Shown one piece after another: positions 29,174 to 39,866 of a stretch of 64,000 nt of DNA. Under the pieces are notes generated by a model. That model saw only the letters and a list, made by a program, of their open reading frames with translations, was not told the DNA's origin and made no database searches. The DNA is from a virus: the IMG/VR virus record IMGVR_UViG_3300030106_006724, positions 25,201 to 89,200 of that record. One strand, written 5' to 3'. The position numbers and the translations under genes were made by a program. The stretch's first letter is position 1. Each line of letters starts with the position of its first letter.

Positions 29174-29792
29174 TTACGCTATAACAGTTTGTAATGAGTT
29201 TATAGAAATACAAAAACTCGTTCCTTTTCTTTTAGAACATAAAAGAGATGAAGACCAGATAGTAGTATTGTATGATCAAAGTAATGGTACTGAAGGAGTA
29301 GAAGACTTCTTAAGAGCTAAGAGTATTAATTATGATTTTAGTTGGTATCCAGGATCATTCAATAAAAATTTTAGTGAATGGAAAAATTTATTAACTAGCT
29401 ATTGTTCAGGAGATTATATATTTCAAATAGATGCTGACGAATTACCTGATGAAGGATTAATTAAAGATCTTCCTAGAATTATAGAAGCTAATCCTGATAA
29501 TGAAGTATATTTAACCCCTAGAATTAATACAGTCGAAGGATTAACTCAAGAGCATATAGGTAGATGGCAATGGAGAGTAAATGAAAAAGGATGGGTTAAC
29601 TGGCCTGATTACCAATGGAGAATCTGGAAAAATATACCTAGTATAAAATGGATAAATAAAGTTCATGAAAAATTATCTGGGTATAAAACTTATGCTGCAC
29701 TACCTGCTTCTCCTAAATATGCTTTATATCATCCAAAAGATATTAAGAGACAGGAAAGACAAAATGAATTTTATAACACTTTAACAGATTAA
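29160..29792 (+). CDS. Glycosyltransferase, GT2
   Basis: ISYAITVCNE, IFQIDADE, WPDYQWR, VHE. Confidence 0.85.
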   Translation: MKSISYAITVCNEFIEIQKLVPFLLEHKRDEDQIVVLYDQSNGTEGVEDFLRAKSINYDFSWYPGSFNKNFSEWKNLLTSYCSGDYIFQIDADELPDEGLIKDLPRIIEANPDNEVYLTPRINTVEGLTQEHIGRWQWRVNEKGWVNWPDYQWRIWKNIPSIKWINKVHEKLSGYKTYAALPASPKYALYHPKDIKRQERQNEFYNTLTD

Positions 29793-29794
29793 AT

Positions 29795-30211
29795 ATGGGA
29801 GCACCTTTTATATTACAAGAAGAATCAGTAAAAGATGTAGTTAACTCAGTAGGAGTAATTACTGATTATCTAAAAAAGTTTGAACAAAAAGATATATCAT
29901 TAGTAAAATTATTTTCAAAAGATGTAGAACTTATAGATTGGAACATACATAAGAAAGGATTTAGCGATGTAGTCAAAGCTTATGAAGATATATTTACATC
30001 AGTTAATACTTTTAAAATTACCAGTCCTGGTATAGGAGATGTATCTTCAACCGATTCAGTTTTACTTTATCCAGTTATTAAAGTTGACGCTCAAGCATTT
30101 CTTTGTAGAATCGATATAGCTATAGATGGTAAAGAACCTTTAAAAGTAATAGATATTATAACTTTAAATAATGAAGGGTTAATTAGTAAGATTAATGCTT
30201 TTAAACAATAA
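29795..30211 (+). CDS. SnoaL/NTF2-like protein
   Basis: LFSKDVELIDW, VIDIITLNNEGLISKINAF. Confidence 0.65.
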   Translation: MGAPFILQEESVKDVVNSVGVITDYLKKFEQKDISLVKLFSKDVELIDWNIHKKGFSDVVKAYEDIFTSVNTFKITSPGIGDVSSTDSVLLYPVIKVDAQAFLCRIDIAIDGKEPLKVIDIITLNNEGLISKINAFKQ

Positions 30212-31023
30212 TGAAAGTAGGAATAATTGGTAATGGTTTTGTAGGAGAAGCTCAAGCTTTTGCTTTTAGTCCTACGTATGAAATAAAGATCTACGATGTT
30301 GATCCTCTTAAAAGTCTAAATACATTAGATGAAGTACATAACTGTGATGTAGTATTTGTTTGTGTTCCTTCTCCTATGAACGAAGATGGATCTCAAAATT
30401 TAACCTATATTGAAGACGTTTTTGATAATGCTGATCCTGGCCCAGTATATGTAATAAAATCAACTGTTATACCTGGTACTACACGTCTCTTACAAAAGAA
30501 ATATAAAGATTTAAGTATTGTATTTAGTCCTGAATTTTTAACTCAAAGAACCGCTAAATTAGATATGATGACTCAAGCAAGAGTTATCTTTGGAGGTGAC
30601 GATATAACTACTGGAGCATTAGAAAAATTTTATTCTAAAAGGTTTAAGAATAGAAACTATATACATACCGATCCAACAACAGCTGAATTAATCAAGTATA
30701 TGAATAATACTTTTTTTGCTACTAAAGTATCGTTTATGAATGAATTTAAAATATTAGCTAATAAGCTAGGAGTTGATTGGGATACAGCAGTATGGGGATT
30801 TGCATCTGATCATAGATTAGGAGATAGTCATTTAGATGTTCCTGGTCCTGATGGTAAGTTAGGATTTGGAGGAACTTGTTTTCCAAAAGATATAAACGCT
30901 ATTATTGATGTTGCTAATAGTAATAAAGTAGATATGAAAGTATTAAAAGCAGCTTGGGAAACCAATTTAGTAGTAAGACCAGAAAAAGATTGGGAAGAAT
31001 TAAAAGGAAAAGCAGTAGTATGA
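30211..31023 (+). CDS. UDP-glucose/GDP-mannose dehydrogenase family (short form)
   Basis: GNGFVG, KSTVIPGTT, SPEFL, GFGGTCFPKD. Confidence 0.9.
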   Translation: MKVGIIGNGFVGEAQAFAFSPTYEIKIYDVDPLKSLNTLDEVHNCDVVFVCVPSPMNEDGSQNLTYIEDVFDNADPGPVYVIKSTVIPGTTRLLQKKYKDLSIVFSPEFLTQRTAKLDMMTQARVIFGGDDITTGALEKFYSKRFKNRNYIHTDPTTAELIKYMNNTFFATKVSFMNEFKILANKLGVDWDTAVWGFASDHRLGDSHLDVPGPDGKLGFGGTCFPKDINAIIDVANSNKVDMKVLKAAWETNLVVRPEKDWEELKGKAVV

Positions 31024-32108
31024 AAACAAAGATACGTAAAAAGTCCGCTTTAGTCTTAGGCGGAGGAGGATTTATAGGAGGACATTTAGCTAAAAGATTA
31101 AAAGAAGAAGGCTTTTGGGTTAGAATAGTTGATATAAAAACTAATCATGAATACTTTAACCATAAAGATATTTGTAACGATTACGTATCAGGTGATTTAA
31201 GGGATCCTAAAGTAGTAGAAGCAATCTTTAGAATAGAAACAGATCCTAATCATAAGGACGTAATTTATAATTATACTTTTTATAAACAACCTTTTACTAA
31301 CGTAGAAGCATTTGATGAAGTTTACCAACTAGCTGCTGATATGGGTGGTGCAGGTTATATCTTTACAGGAGATAATGATGCAAATGTTATGCACAACTCA
31401 GCATTAGTTAATTTAAACGTAGTAAATGAAGCTACTAAAACTGGAGTAGGTAGAATATTTTATTCTTCTTCTGCTTGTATGTATCCAGAACATAATCAAT
31501 TAGATCCTGATAATCCTAACTGTGAAGAGTCTTCAGCTTATCCAGCTGATCCTGATAGCGAATACGGATGGGAGAAACTATTTAGTGAAAGATTGTATTT
31601 TGCTTTTAATAGAAATTATAACTTAGATGTTAGAGTAGCTCGTTATCATAATATATTCGGTCCTGAAGGAACATACGATGGAGGAAGAGAAAAAGCTCCA
31701 GCTGCTATGTGCCGTAAAGCTGCTGAAGGTAAAGAAGAAATAGAAGTATGGGGTAGCGGTAATCAAACAAGATCGTTTATGTATGTAGATGAATGTGTTG
31801 AAGCAACTTTAAGATTAATGAGACAAGATAAATTTTTAGGACCTGTAAATATAGGCTCAGAAGAAATGGTAACTATTAATGAATTAGCTCAAATAGCAAT
31901 AGATCTTTCCGGAAATAATCTTTCTATAAAAAATATAGATGGTCAAGAGTTTATAGACAAATATGGCTTTCCATGTCCGTTAGGAGTAAATGGTAGAAAC
32001 TCTCATAATAAATTATATAAAGAAAAAATAGGATGGGAATCTAAAGCTACTCTTAAAGAAGGAATGGCTAAAACTTTTGAATGGATCAATAAAAAAATTA
32101 ATGGATAA
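31020..32108 (+). CDS. GDP-mannose 3,5-epimerase-like NAD-dependent epimerase
   Basis: GGGGFIG, LAADMGGAGYI, SSSACMYP, YGWEK, GGREKAPAA; ATG 31020 preferred. Confidence 0.88.
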   Translation: MKTKIRKKSALVLGGGGFIGGHLAKRLKEEGFWVRIVDIKTNHEYFNHKDICNDYVSGDLRDPKVVEAIFRIETDPNHKDVIYNYTFYKQPFTNVEAFDEVYQLAADMGGAGYIFTGDNDANVMHNSALVNLNVVNEATKTGVGRIFYSSSACMYPEHNQLDPDNPNCEESSAYPADPDSEYGWEKLFSERLYFAFNRNYNLDVRVARYHNIFGPEGTYDGGREKAPAAMCRKAAEGKEEIEVWGSGNQTRSFMYVDECVEATLRLMRQDKFLGPVNIGSEEMVTINELAQIAIDLSGNNLSIKNIDGQEFIDKYGFPCPLGVNGRNSHNKLYKEKIGWESKATLKEGMAKTFEWINKKING

Positions 32109-32892
32109 GAAAATATTATTATTTACAACTATTGGTAAACTCTCAGAAGAGTCTCAAGCTCATGTTAATGCTAGCTTTCAATCTTGGAAAGATTATGGGT
32201 TAGATATATTAGTATTTGGAGAAACATTTCATAAAGATTTATGTAGTAAGTTTGACGCTATATTAGATACATCAGTTGAAAAATCTGAGTTTGGTATACC
32301 TTTAGTAAGAAGCCTATTTGTTAAAGCATCACAATATGAAGGATACGATTTATTTTGTTATATTAATTCTGATATTATTTTTAATAAAGATCCTAGACCT
32401 ATACTGGAACTAATTAAATATAAAGAGTTTATGGCTGTAGGTCAAAGACTAGATGTATGGAACTGGCCTAATATTACTAAAAAGAAGGTACATAATCCTG
32501 GAGGTATAGATTACTTTTTTATGACCAAAGGGTTTAGAGATTGGAATGATATGCCTGACTTTAGCGTTGCAAGGGGTAGATTCGATCATTGGATTATGGG
32601 TAAAGCATTAGAAAGCGGTAAAGCAGTAGTAGACTTAACTAAGGTATTTTTACCTATCCATCCCGAACCTATAAATAGAATATCAGCAAATCCTGATATA
32701 CAGTACGCTAACGGTATGATTAAGTTAGGGTACCAGCAATATAGAAATATGAATATTTTTTTAGATCTACAATGTCATGGTCAAACTAATATGACTCCAT
32801 TTGTTATGACTAAAAAAGGATTAGAAAAAAGAAAAGACATACCTTTAAATGAATTTAAACATCAGTTCGAATATGACTACGAAAAATTTTGA
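32101..32892 (+). CDS. Glycosyltransferase-like protein (GT-A)
   Basis: GIPLV, YINSDII, GIDYF, FDHW. Confidence 0.6.
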   Translation: MDKKILLFTTIGKLSEESQAHVNASFQSWKDYGLDILVFGETFHKDLCSKFDAILDTSVEKSEFGIPLVRSLFVKASQYEGYDLFCYINSDIIFNKDPRPILELIKYKEFMAVGQRLDVWNWPNITKKKVHNPGGIDYFFMTKGFRDWNDMPDFSVARGRFDHWIMGKALESGKAVVDLTKVFLPIHPEPINRISANPDIQYANGMIKLGYQQYRNMNIFLDLQCHGQTNMTPFVMTKKGLEKRKDIPLNEFKHQFEYDYEKF

Positions 32893-33253
32893 TTTATCTG
32901 AACCTAAAACTATAGTATTCGATTTAGATGGAACATTACTTAATGTTGATAGAAACTATTACGATAAAGCTACTCCTATCAAACATAGAATCAATATGGT
33001 TAATAAACTATACGATGAAGGCCACACGATAATAATAGAAACAGCTAGAGGCTGTGTAAGTGGAAAAAATTATTTCTTTTATACTTTAGATCAACTTAAA
33101 GAATTTGGTTTAAAATTTCATACTCTACGTACTGGAGTTAAATATGGAGCGGATTTATTTGTAGATGATAAGGGTATATCTGATAATAATTTTTTTAAAG
33201 ATAACGGTAAAGGTAAAAAATTAGAACCTTGGCAGTTAAAAGATCGTGATTAA
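32873..33253 (+). CDS. HAD-superfamily phosphatase (capsule-biosynthesis type)
   Basis: FDLDGTL, TARG, FVDDK. Confidence 0.85.
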   Translation: MTTKNFDLSEPKTIVFDLDGTLLNVDRNYYDKATPIKHRINMVNKLYDEGHTIIIETARGCVSGKNYFFYTLDQLKEFGLKFHTLRTGVKYGADLFVDDKGISDNNFFKDNGKGKKLEPWQLKDRD

Positions 33254-34581
33254 TGGCAAGTATAAAAAAGTTTATAAATAAAAGTCCAAACATAGTAAAA
33301 AAGTTATATTATAAATTAGTTCCATTTTATAAAAGATATGGGTCTGAATTTAAAGATACTTATGACTTTTTACTACATTCATTAGATTTTACTCCTAAGC
33401 AGTTAAAAGATTATCAGTTTAGTAAACTACGAGAGACTATTTCTAATGCTTATGAGAACGTACCATACTATCATAAGTTAATGGTAGATTACGGAGTACC
33501 TAAGTATATTCAAGATCCATCTGATATTTCTAAATTACCTATACTTACAAAACAAATAGTTAAAGATAATTGGAAAGATTTAATTAATAAGAAATACAAA
33601 GATGATATAATAACTTTTAAAACCTCAGGTTCTACTGGAGAAAAATTTAAGTTTTTAGGGAACGATAATTTATATAAAAGAGAAGCAGCATTTGTACTAA
33701 GAGCATTTAATATGCATAACGCTTCTCTATATGATAAACCTTCAGTTTGGGTTAGACGATATGCTCCTAAAGCCGGAGACCCAATTTCCTATACTGATCA
33801 TGAATTAAATAGAGTATATTTATCTCCTTTTAATTTGTCTCCTTCAACTATAGAAAGTTATGTTAGAGAAATAGATAGAACATCAGCTGAAACTTTAGTT
33901 ACTTATCCTTCGTTAGCTAATTTTATGGCTAACTTAATGTATGATAAATGTTTAAGATTTAAAAAGATTAGAAGTATTCATGTAGCTTCTGAAATGGTCC
34001 TTCCGGAATGGAGAAATAATATTAGAGCTAAGTTAGGAATTAATTTATATGCTCATTATGGTATGATGGAAAAGGTTTCTTTCTTTTCTAATTTTTTAGG
34101 TAGTGATAAGTATGCTGAAAGTTTAGAATATGGTTATACTGAAATAGTGAACGGTGATGTTATAGGTACTGGCTTCTTAAACGATGTTATGCCTTTTATA
34201 CGTTATTCTCCCGGTGATAGAGCTGTTAAAAATAGTAACATTGAATACTTTAATGCATTACCGGTTAGTATAGATGATTTTATAGGAAGATCCACAGATA
34301 TGATTTTTACAAAAGATGGTAGAAAGTTATCCGGAGTTAATTTTTATACTATGATGTATAAAATACCTGGAGTAGAAATGTTTCAAATTATTCAAAAATC
34401 ATTGGATGAAATAATAGTTAATTATATACCTTCTGATGAATGGGGTAAAGATACAGAAAACTGTATAATAGATGGTATGGAAGATAGAGCAGGAAAAGAT
34501 ATTAAGTTACAAGTTAATTCAGTTATAGAGTTGGAAAGAAGTTCTACTGGGAAGTTAAAAACGATTAAGAATGAATGTTAA
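33253..34581 (+). CDS. Phenylacetate-CoA ligase-like adenylating enzyme (CapK-like)
   Basis: LPILTK, TSGSTG, YGMME, MPFIRY..GD, GRSTD, STGK. Confidence 0.85.
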   Translation: MASIKKFINKSPNIVKKLYYKLVPFYKRYGSEFKDTYDFLLHSLDFTPKQLKDYQFSKLRETISNAYENVPYYHKLMVDYGVPKYIQDPSDISKLPILTKQIVKDNWKDLINKKYKDDIITFKTSGSTGEKFKFLGNDNLYKREAAFVLRAFNMHNASLYDKPSVWVRRYAPKAGDPISYTDHELNRVYLSPFNLSPSTIESYVREIDRTSAETLVTYPSLANFMANLMYDKCLRFKKIRSIHVASEMVLPEWRNNIRAKLGINLYAHYGMMEKVSFFSNFLGSDKYAESLEYGYTEIVNGDVIGTGFLNDVMPFIRYSPGDRAVKNSNIEYFNALPVSIDDFIGRSTDMIFTKDGRKLSGVNFYTMMYKIPGVEMFQIIQKSLDEIIVNYIPSDEWGKDTENCIIDGMEDRAGKDIKLQVNSVIELERSSTGKLKTIKNEC

Positions 34582-35566
34582 TTTAGATAATGTAAAACCT
34601 TATATACTTTCTGATAGAGTTATATCATCTGATATGACTTACTTAGATTGGAATGAAGGTAGTCCTATACCTATAGAACTTTTAGATAATATTAAAAGAA
34701 AATTAACTGACCTACACCACTACTCAGACCCTTCTAATAATGAATTAAAAGAAGCATTAGAGAACCATACAGGAGTAGATAAAACTTTTATCGAAGTATT
34801 TAACGGATCTGATTCAGCTTTAGATTATACATTTAGAGTTTTACTTAACAGTAATGATAAAGTCTGTATACCTTACCCTAATTATACTCAAGTAAATCAA
34901 ACTATAACTTCATTAGGATGTCGAGTTCTTAATTGCGATATTAGTACTTTAGAAGAGAATATTAAATCTTTTAAACCTAAAGTAGTTTACTTATCAGTAC
35001 CTAATAATCCTTTAGGGTATGTTTATAATACTTTACCTCTTGCTGAGAAGTACCCTAATACTTTCTTTATAGTAGATGAAGCTTATGCTGAATACTTTCC
35101 TAAATGCTCAGTATTTGATCAAGCTTATAAGTATTCAAATGTAATAGTTACAAGAACTTTTTCAAAAGGTTTTGGATTAGCTGGGATTAGGCTTGGATAT
35201 TTGACAACTAATTCATATATTATGAATAAGATAAGGTCTATTAATAACTTTAAACAAGTAAATACTTTAGCAGCAATAGCTGGAGTAGAAGCATTAAAAG
35301 ATTTTAAAACTATACAAGCAAGTATTAATTTAACTAATATAGTTAAAAAGAGTTTTTTAAATGTACTTAAAGATTATAGAATAAGAGATAGTCATGCTAA
35401 CTTTGTATTATTAGAGCATACTAGAGCTAAAGAAATAATAGAAGAATTAAAAAGATCAGGTATTTTAGTTAGAGATAGAAGTAAATTTATTAATAATACT
35501 ATGAGAATTACTATTGGAGATGGATCTATAATGAAAAAAATAGCTGAAATTATAAAAAAATATTAA
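34571..35566 (+). CDS. PLP aminotransferase, HisC-like class I/II
   Basis: LDWNE, NGSD, PNNPLG, VDEAY, RTFSKGFGLAGIRLG. Confidence 0.88.
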   Translation: MNVNLDNVKPYILSDRVISSDMTYLDWNEGSPIPIELLDNIKRKLTDLHHYSDPSNNELKEALENHTGVDKTFIEVFNGSDSALDYTFRVLLNSNDKVCIPYPNYTQVNQTITSLGCRVLNCDISTLEENIKSFKPKVVYLSVPNNPLGYVYNTLPLAEKYPNTFFIVDEAYAEYFPKCSVFDQAYKYSNVIVTRTFSKGFGLAGIRLGYLTTNSYIMNKIRSINNFKQVNTLAAIAGVEALKDFKTIQASINLTNIVKKSFLNVLKDYRIRDSHANFVLLEHTRAKEIIEELKRSGILVRDRSKFINNTMRITIGDGSIMKKIAEIIKKY

Positions 35567-36846
35567 TGTATAAAAAGATATCCTTTGTAGGTTTAGGTAA
35601 GCTAGGTCTTCCTTTAGCTACTAATTTTGCTAAAAACGGTCACGAAGTATTAGCAGTAGATAAAAATACTAGATTAATTGAAATACTAAACGCAGGTAAA
35701 GAACCTTGGTTGGAGGTAGGACTATTAGATAATATTAAGCAAGCAAAAAAGAATATAACATATACCACAGGTTACGATGGAGTAGGCAAATCTGATGTTA
35801 GTATAATATTAGTTAATACTCCTTCAATTAAAAAAGATGGATCGTTTTCAAATTTATATGTTGAACAGTCTATCCAATCTATATGTGAACAACTTGAATT
35901 AGAAAGAAAAAAAGAACATCATATAATACTATCTTCTACAGTAATGCCTGGTTCGATTAATAATGATTTTATTCCTCTAATTAAATCTTTAACTAAATGC
36001 AAAGTAAGTTTTAGTTATGTACCTGATTTTGTAGCTATAGGACAAGTTATAAAAGATTTTGAGAACCCAGACTTTTTATTAATAGGAAGTGATTCAAAAA
36101 AATCTTCTACGTTTACAAAAAAATTATATAAAAGTATTTTAAAAAGTAAACCTCCTGTAAAAGAATTAACGTTAGCTGAAGCTGAACTTTGTAAGGTATC
36201 GTTAAATGCATATATTACTACTAAAATATCTTTTGCTAACTATTTAGGATTATTAGCGAATAAATTAGATCCTAATATTCAAGTTGATAATATTACTGAT
36301 ACGATAGGATTAGATGCTCGTATAGGAACTAAATACTTTAAATCTGGAGGTCCGTACGGCGGTACTTGTTTTCCTAGAGATACCTGGGCATTCGCAAAAG
36401 TATCTGAAAAAGTAGGATTAGAATCTTTTCAAATGTTTGCCAATGAAAAAATTAACGATCAAACCGATAAAGATATATTCAATCAGGTAATGGATAGAAA
36501 TCCTGATAATATTGGTTTAATTGGTTTAGGTTTTAAACCCGGTACTTCTGTTATTACTGAAGGAGTTGCTACTAAATTTTTAGAAAAAATAAAGAATTAT
36601 CATTGTAAAGTTTATTTGTACGATAGATATTCTGATAGTATAGATAATATTATTAATGAGCATCCAGAGATAGATTTTGTAGACTGTAGAATAAATAATT
36701 ATACTATAAGAGATGTAGTTAGTGCTTGTGATTCTATTTTATTTTGCAACGGTGATAGAGAATATTTAGAAGACAAACATTTCGGAGAAGTAGATATGTT
36801 TGAAATTAATACTAAGACTGTTATAGACCCTTGGAGAATGTTATGA
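35566..36846 (+). CDS. Nucleotide-sugar dehydrogenase (UGD family)
   Basis: GLGKLGLP, STVMPG, YGGTCFPRD, GLGFKPGT. Confidence 0.9.
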   Translation: MYKKISFVGLGKLGLPLATNFAKNGHEVLAVDKNTRLIEILNAGKEPWLEVGLLDNIKQAKKNITYTTGYDGVGKSDVSIILVNTPSIKKDGSFSNLYVEQSIQSICEQLELERKKEHHIILSSTVMPGSINNDFIPLIKSLTKCKVSFSYVPDFVAIGQVIKDFENPDFLLIGSDSKKSSTFTKKLYKSILKSKPPVKELTLAEAELCKVSLNAYITTKISFANYLGLLANKLDPNIQVDNITDTIGLDARIGTKYFKSGGPYGGTCFPRDTWAFAKVSEKVGLESFQMFANEKINDQTDKDIFNQVMDRNPDNIGLIGLGFKPGTSVITEGVATKFLEKIKNYHCKVYLYDRYSDSIDNIINEHPEIDFVDCRINNYTIRDVVSACDSILFCNGDREYLEDKHFGEVDMFEINTKTVIDPWRML

Positions 36847-37883
36847 AGATATTATTTGCAAAACAACAATTAGATTTAGTAGGACCAAGACAATCATTTG
36901 CTTATGCCGATGATCATGAATTAGAAATATTAAGAGGTTTTCAAGGTAAAGTTTCTTTATGGGAAATGTTATGTGCATTAAAAGCTGACTTTCTTATAAC
37001 TCCTACTTTAGTTCAAGCACCTTGGTTAGGTACTTTATTACAACAAGAAGGTTATAAAGATACTATGCAAAGAACTACTCCACAAGTTATAGATCCTAAC
37101 CATTTTGACTTTGGAGCCTACGATGTAGTAATAACTCATGATTCATTTTTAGGATTACAGATAGATGCTTTAAAAGAAAAGTTTCCTAAAACAGTTTTTG
37201 CTTATTTATTAGCTGAACATTCAAGTTGGCAAATGCATAGAATAGGATATAAATATGATTTATACTTAGATCATACTTTAGAATCAGTAGATAAGGTAGT
37301 AAGATTACCTCAAGCAGTTAACTTTTTATTTCCAAGAATACCTCAAAGAGTAAGAGAGTTATTTAAACAAGAAAGAACCTCAGTATTTTTAGATTATAGA
37401 ACCTTAGGTTATTTTATTGGTCATGGATCAAATAACTTTTTACTTACTGAAGATAAAGTAAATAACTTTTATGATAATTTAAAATTAGATTTACCGATAG
37501 AAAGAATAAGTAATATTTCTATGAAACCTTTTATGTTTGATGAAACATACAATAACGATTCGATTGAATATTATAGTAAATTATGTAGAACTAAATACTT
37601 CTTTACTATAGCTAATAGAGTAGGTCAAGCTGCTTTTGATGCAGCATCTGCAAATTGTATAGTATTTGGTAATTCTAAATCTAAACTTCATAAATTACTT
37701 TGTCATCCTTTTACTTTGATGGATGAAGAGATAAAAATAGAACATGTTAAAGATGCAATTAATACATTAGAAAACGATCAAGATTTATGTATGAAAATTT
37801 TAGATCATCAAAATAAATTTTTATTTGAAACTTGTGTAGAGCATCCTATAAACGTATTTAAAAAAGCAATTGAATTAAAATGA
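36843..37883 (+). CDS. Hypothetical protein, possible divergent glycosyltransferase
   Basis: Cluster context; GQAAFDAA resembles the GT-B donor loop. Confidence 0.5.
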   Translation: MKILFAKQQLDLVGPRQSFAYADDHELEILRGFQGKVSLWEMLCALKADFLITPTLVQAPWLGTLLQQEGYKDTMQRTTPQVIDPNHFDFGAYDVVITHDSFLGLQIDALKEKFPKTVFAYLLAEHSSWQMHRIGYKYDLYLDHTLESVDKVVRLPQAVNFLFPRIPQRVRELFKQERTSVFLDYRTLGYFIGHGSNNFLLTEDKVNNFYDNLKLDLPIERISNISMKPFMFDETYNNDSIEYYSKLCRTKYFFTIANRVGQAAFDAASANCIVFGNSKSKLHKLLCHPFTLMDEEIKIEHVKDAINTLENDQDLCMKILDHQNKFLFETCVEHPINVFKKAIELK

Positions 37884-38071
37884 AAAAACTTATAATACTA
37901 TTTTTACTATTTACTAGTTGTGCAAGCGTACAACAGGAAAGATTAGCACCAGATAATATATTTGATGCAGTTAATATTAATGATAATAATCCTAAAAGGA
38001 ATAAAGGCATAATGAAAACATTAGTATTTAGTACTGCTGTATTTATATTAACTACAATAGCAAACAAATAA
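37880..38071 (+). CDS. Small lipoprotein with C-terminal hydrophobic segment
   Basis: LLFTS-C lipobox. Confidence 0.6.
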   Translation: MKKLIILFLLFTSCASVQQERLAPDNIFDAVNINDNNPKRNKGIMKTLVFSTAVFILTTIANK

Positions 38072-38922
38072 TGAAAATATTAGTAACAGGAGGTGCAGGT
38101 GCAGTAGGTACTAACCTTATAGAAAAATTATTAGAATTAGGACATAAAGTAACTAGCTGGGATAATTACTCTGCTGGTTTAGAATCTAATCATATTGAAG
38201 GTGCTACATATATTAATAGAGATACTAGAGAGATGAGTTATGGTACAGGTCCTGGGAGTATAAAAGGATTTGATTTAGTATACCATTTAGGAGAGTACTC
38301 TAAAGTTGTTCCTTCGTTTGATATACCTGAATTAGCTTTTAGATATAACTTAGATGGAAGTATGAGGGTATTAGAATCTTGCAGGCATGAAAATATACCT
38401 GTAGTATATGCAGGTTCTTCTACTAAGCTATCATACCCAGGAGAATTAGGATCTCCTTATGCTTTATATAAATCTACAGTAGCTAAATTATTTCAATGCT
38501 ATGGTGATTGGTATGATTTAAAATTTAATATATGCTATTTTTATAATGTTTATGGTCCTAGAACTGAAACTTGGGGTAATGAATGGCAAACAGTTATTAA
38601 TATATTTAGGGATCAAAAGAAAGCAGGAAAGAATTTAACTGTTACAGGAGATGGAACTCAAAAAAGAGATTTTACTCATGTAGAAGATATAATACAAGGT
38701 TTAGTTTTAGCAGGAGAAAATATTAATAATGAAGAATATCAATTAGGTACTGGGGAAGAGTTTAGTATTTTAGAAATAGCTGAAGCATTTGATCATCCTC
38801 ATGAGTTTATTGATCCTAGACCTGGAGATAGACCTAATGGATTAGCTGATATTAGTTTTACTAAAGAACGTTTAGGATATAAACCTAAGCATAAAATAAT
38901 GGATTATATAAAAAATATATGA
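38071..38922 (+). CDS. NAD-dependent epimerase/dehydratase
   Basis: VTGGAGAVG, YALYK, FYNVYGP, GDGTQKRDFTHV. Confidence 0.9.
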   Translation: MKILVTGGAGAVGTNLIEKLLELGHKVTSWDNYSAGLESNHIEGATYINRDTREMSYGTGPGSIKGFDLVYHLGEYSKVVPSFDIPELAFRYNLDGSMRVLESCRHENIPVVYAGSSTKLSYPGELGSPYALYKSTVAKLFQCYGDWYDLKFNICYFYNVYGPRTETWGNEWQTVINIFRDQKKAGKNLTVTGDGTQKRDFTHVEDIIQGLVLAGENINNEEYQLGTGEEFSILEIAEAFDHPHEFIDPRPGDRPNGLADISFTKERLGYKPKHKIMDYIKNI

Positions 38923-39866
38923 AAATAGCTTATATAAGTGAAATGGGTAATAGAGGGCAAATTGCCCGAGTAGGAAGAGAATATGATATGATGAGAACGG
39001 AATGGGCATGGCCGTGTGCATTAGAAGCTGATCTATTTCCATTCGATACTGAACCTCAAGGTGTTATGTATGATTTAGCTATAGTAATATTACCTAAGCA
39101 GAATTTACGTTTATGGAGAGAAAGTAAATTTTTTGAAAGAGCTAGAAAGTTCTGTAAGAAAATTGCTATAATGCAAGAAGGACCTCACTGGTGCTTTCAA
39201 GATTACGAATTAGCAGATCAGATATGGTACTATAATAGTTTAAAAAATGCTGATATTTTATACGTTCATAATAAATTAGATATTATATACTATAAAGGTA
39301 TTACTGATCATAAAGATATTAGAATACTTCCTTCATTAATGGTTACAGATTCAGTAGAAGATTTACCTAAAGTAAAAAGAGATGGAATAATGATAGGTGG
39401 TAACTTCGTTAGTTGGTATGGAGGATTTGATTCATATGTAGTTGCTAAAAGCATAGATGAACCTATTTACTCTCCTCAAATGGGAAGAAGACAACAAGGA
39501 GAAGAACAATTAGGGATTAATCAACTTCCTTATATGAGTTGGGTTGATTGGATTAAGGCATTAAATAATAGAAAGTACGGTATTCATTTAATGAGAACAC
39601 ATGCAGCAGGTACCTTTGCTCTTAATTGTGCTTTTTTAGGTATACCCTGTATTGGTTATAAAGGATTAGATACTCAGGAAAAATGCCACCCTGAGTTAAG
39701 TATAGAAATAGGAGATATTGAAAAAGCTAAGTATTTACTTGGAGAATTGAAAAATAATTCGTATTTTTATAAAGAGTGTACGTATCAAGCAAAAGAAAAT
39801 TATAAAGAATATTATCATGAAGATAAGTTTAATTCAACCTTCAAGAAACAATTTGAAATACCTTAA
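38919..39866 (+). CDS. Glycosyltransferase-like protein (GT-B)
   Basis: AAGTFALNCAFLGIPCIG; cluster context. Confidence 0.55.
   Translation: MKIAYISEMGNRGQIARVGREYDMMRTEWAWPCALEADLFPFDTEPQGVMYDLAIVILPKQNLRLWRESKFFERARKFCKKIAIMQEGPHWCFQDYELADQIWYYNSLKNADILYVHNKLDIIYYKGITDHKDIRILPSLMVTDSVEDLPKVKRDGIMIGGNFVSWYGGFDSYVVAKSIDEPIYSPQMGRRQQGEEQLGINQLPYMSWVDWIKALNNRKYGIHLMRTHAAGTFALNCAFLGIPCIGYKGLDTQEKCHPELSIEIGDIEKAKYLLGELKNNSYFYKECTYQAKENYKEYYHEDKFNSTFKKQFEIP

Noticed and set aside
34571-35566. hisC as histidine biosynthesis
   Set aside because: No other his genes; lies inside the glycan cluster, so a tailoring aminotransferase is more likely.
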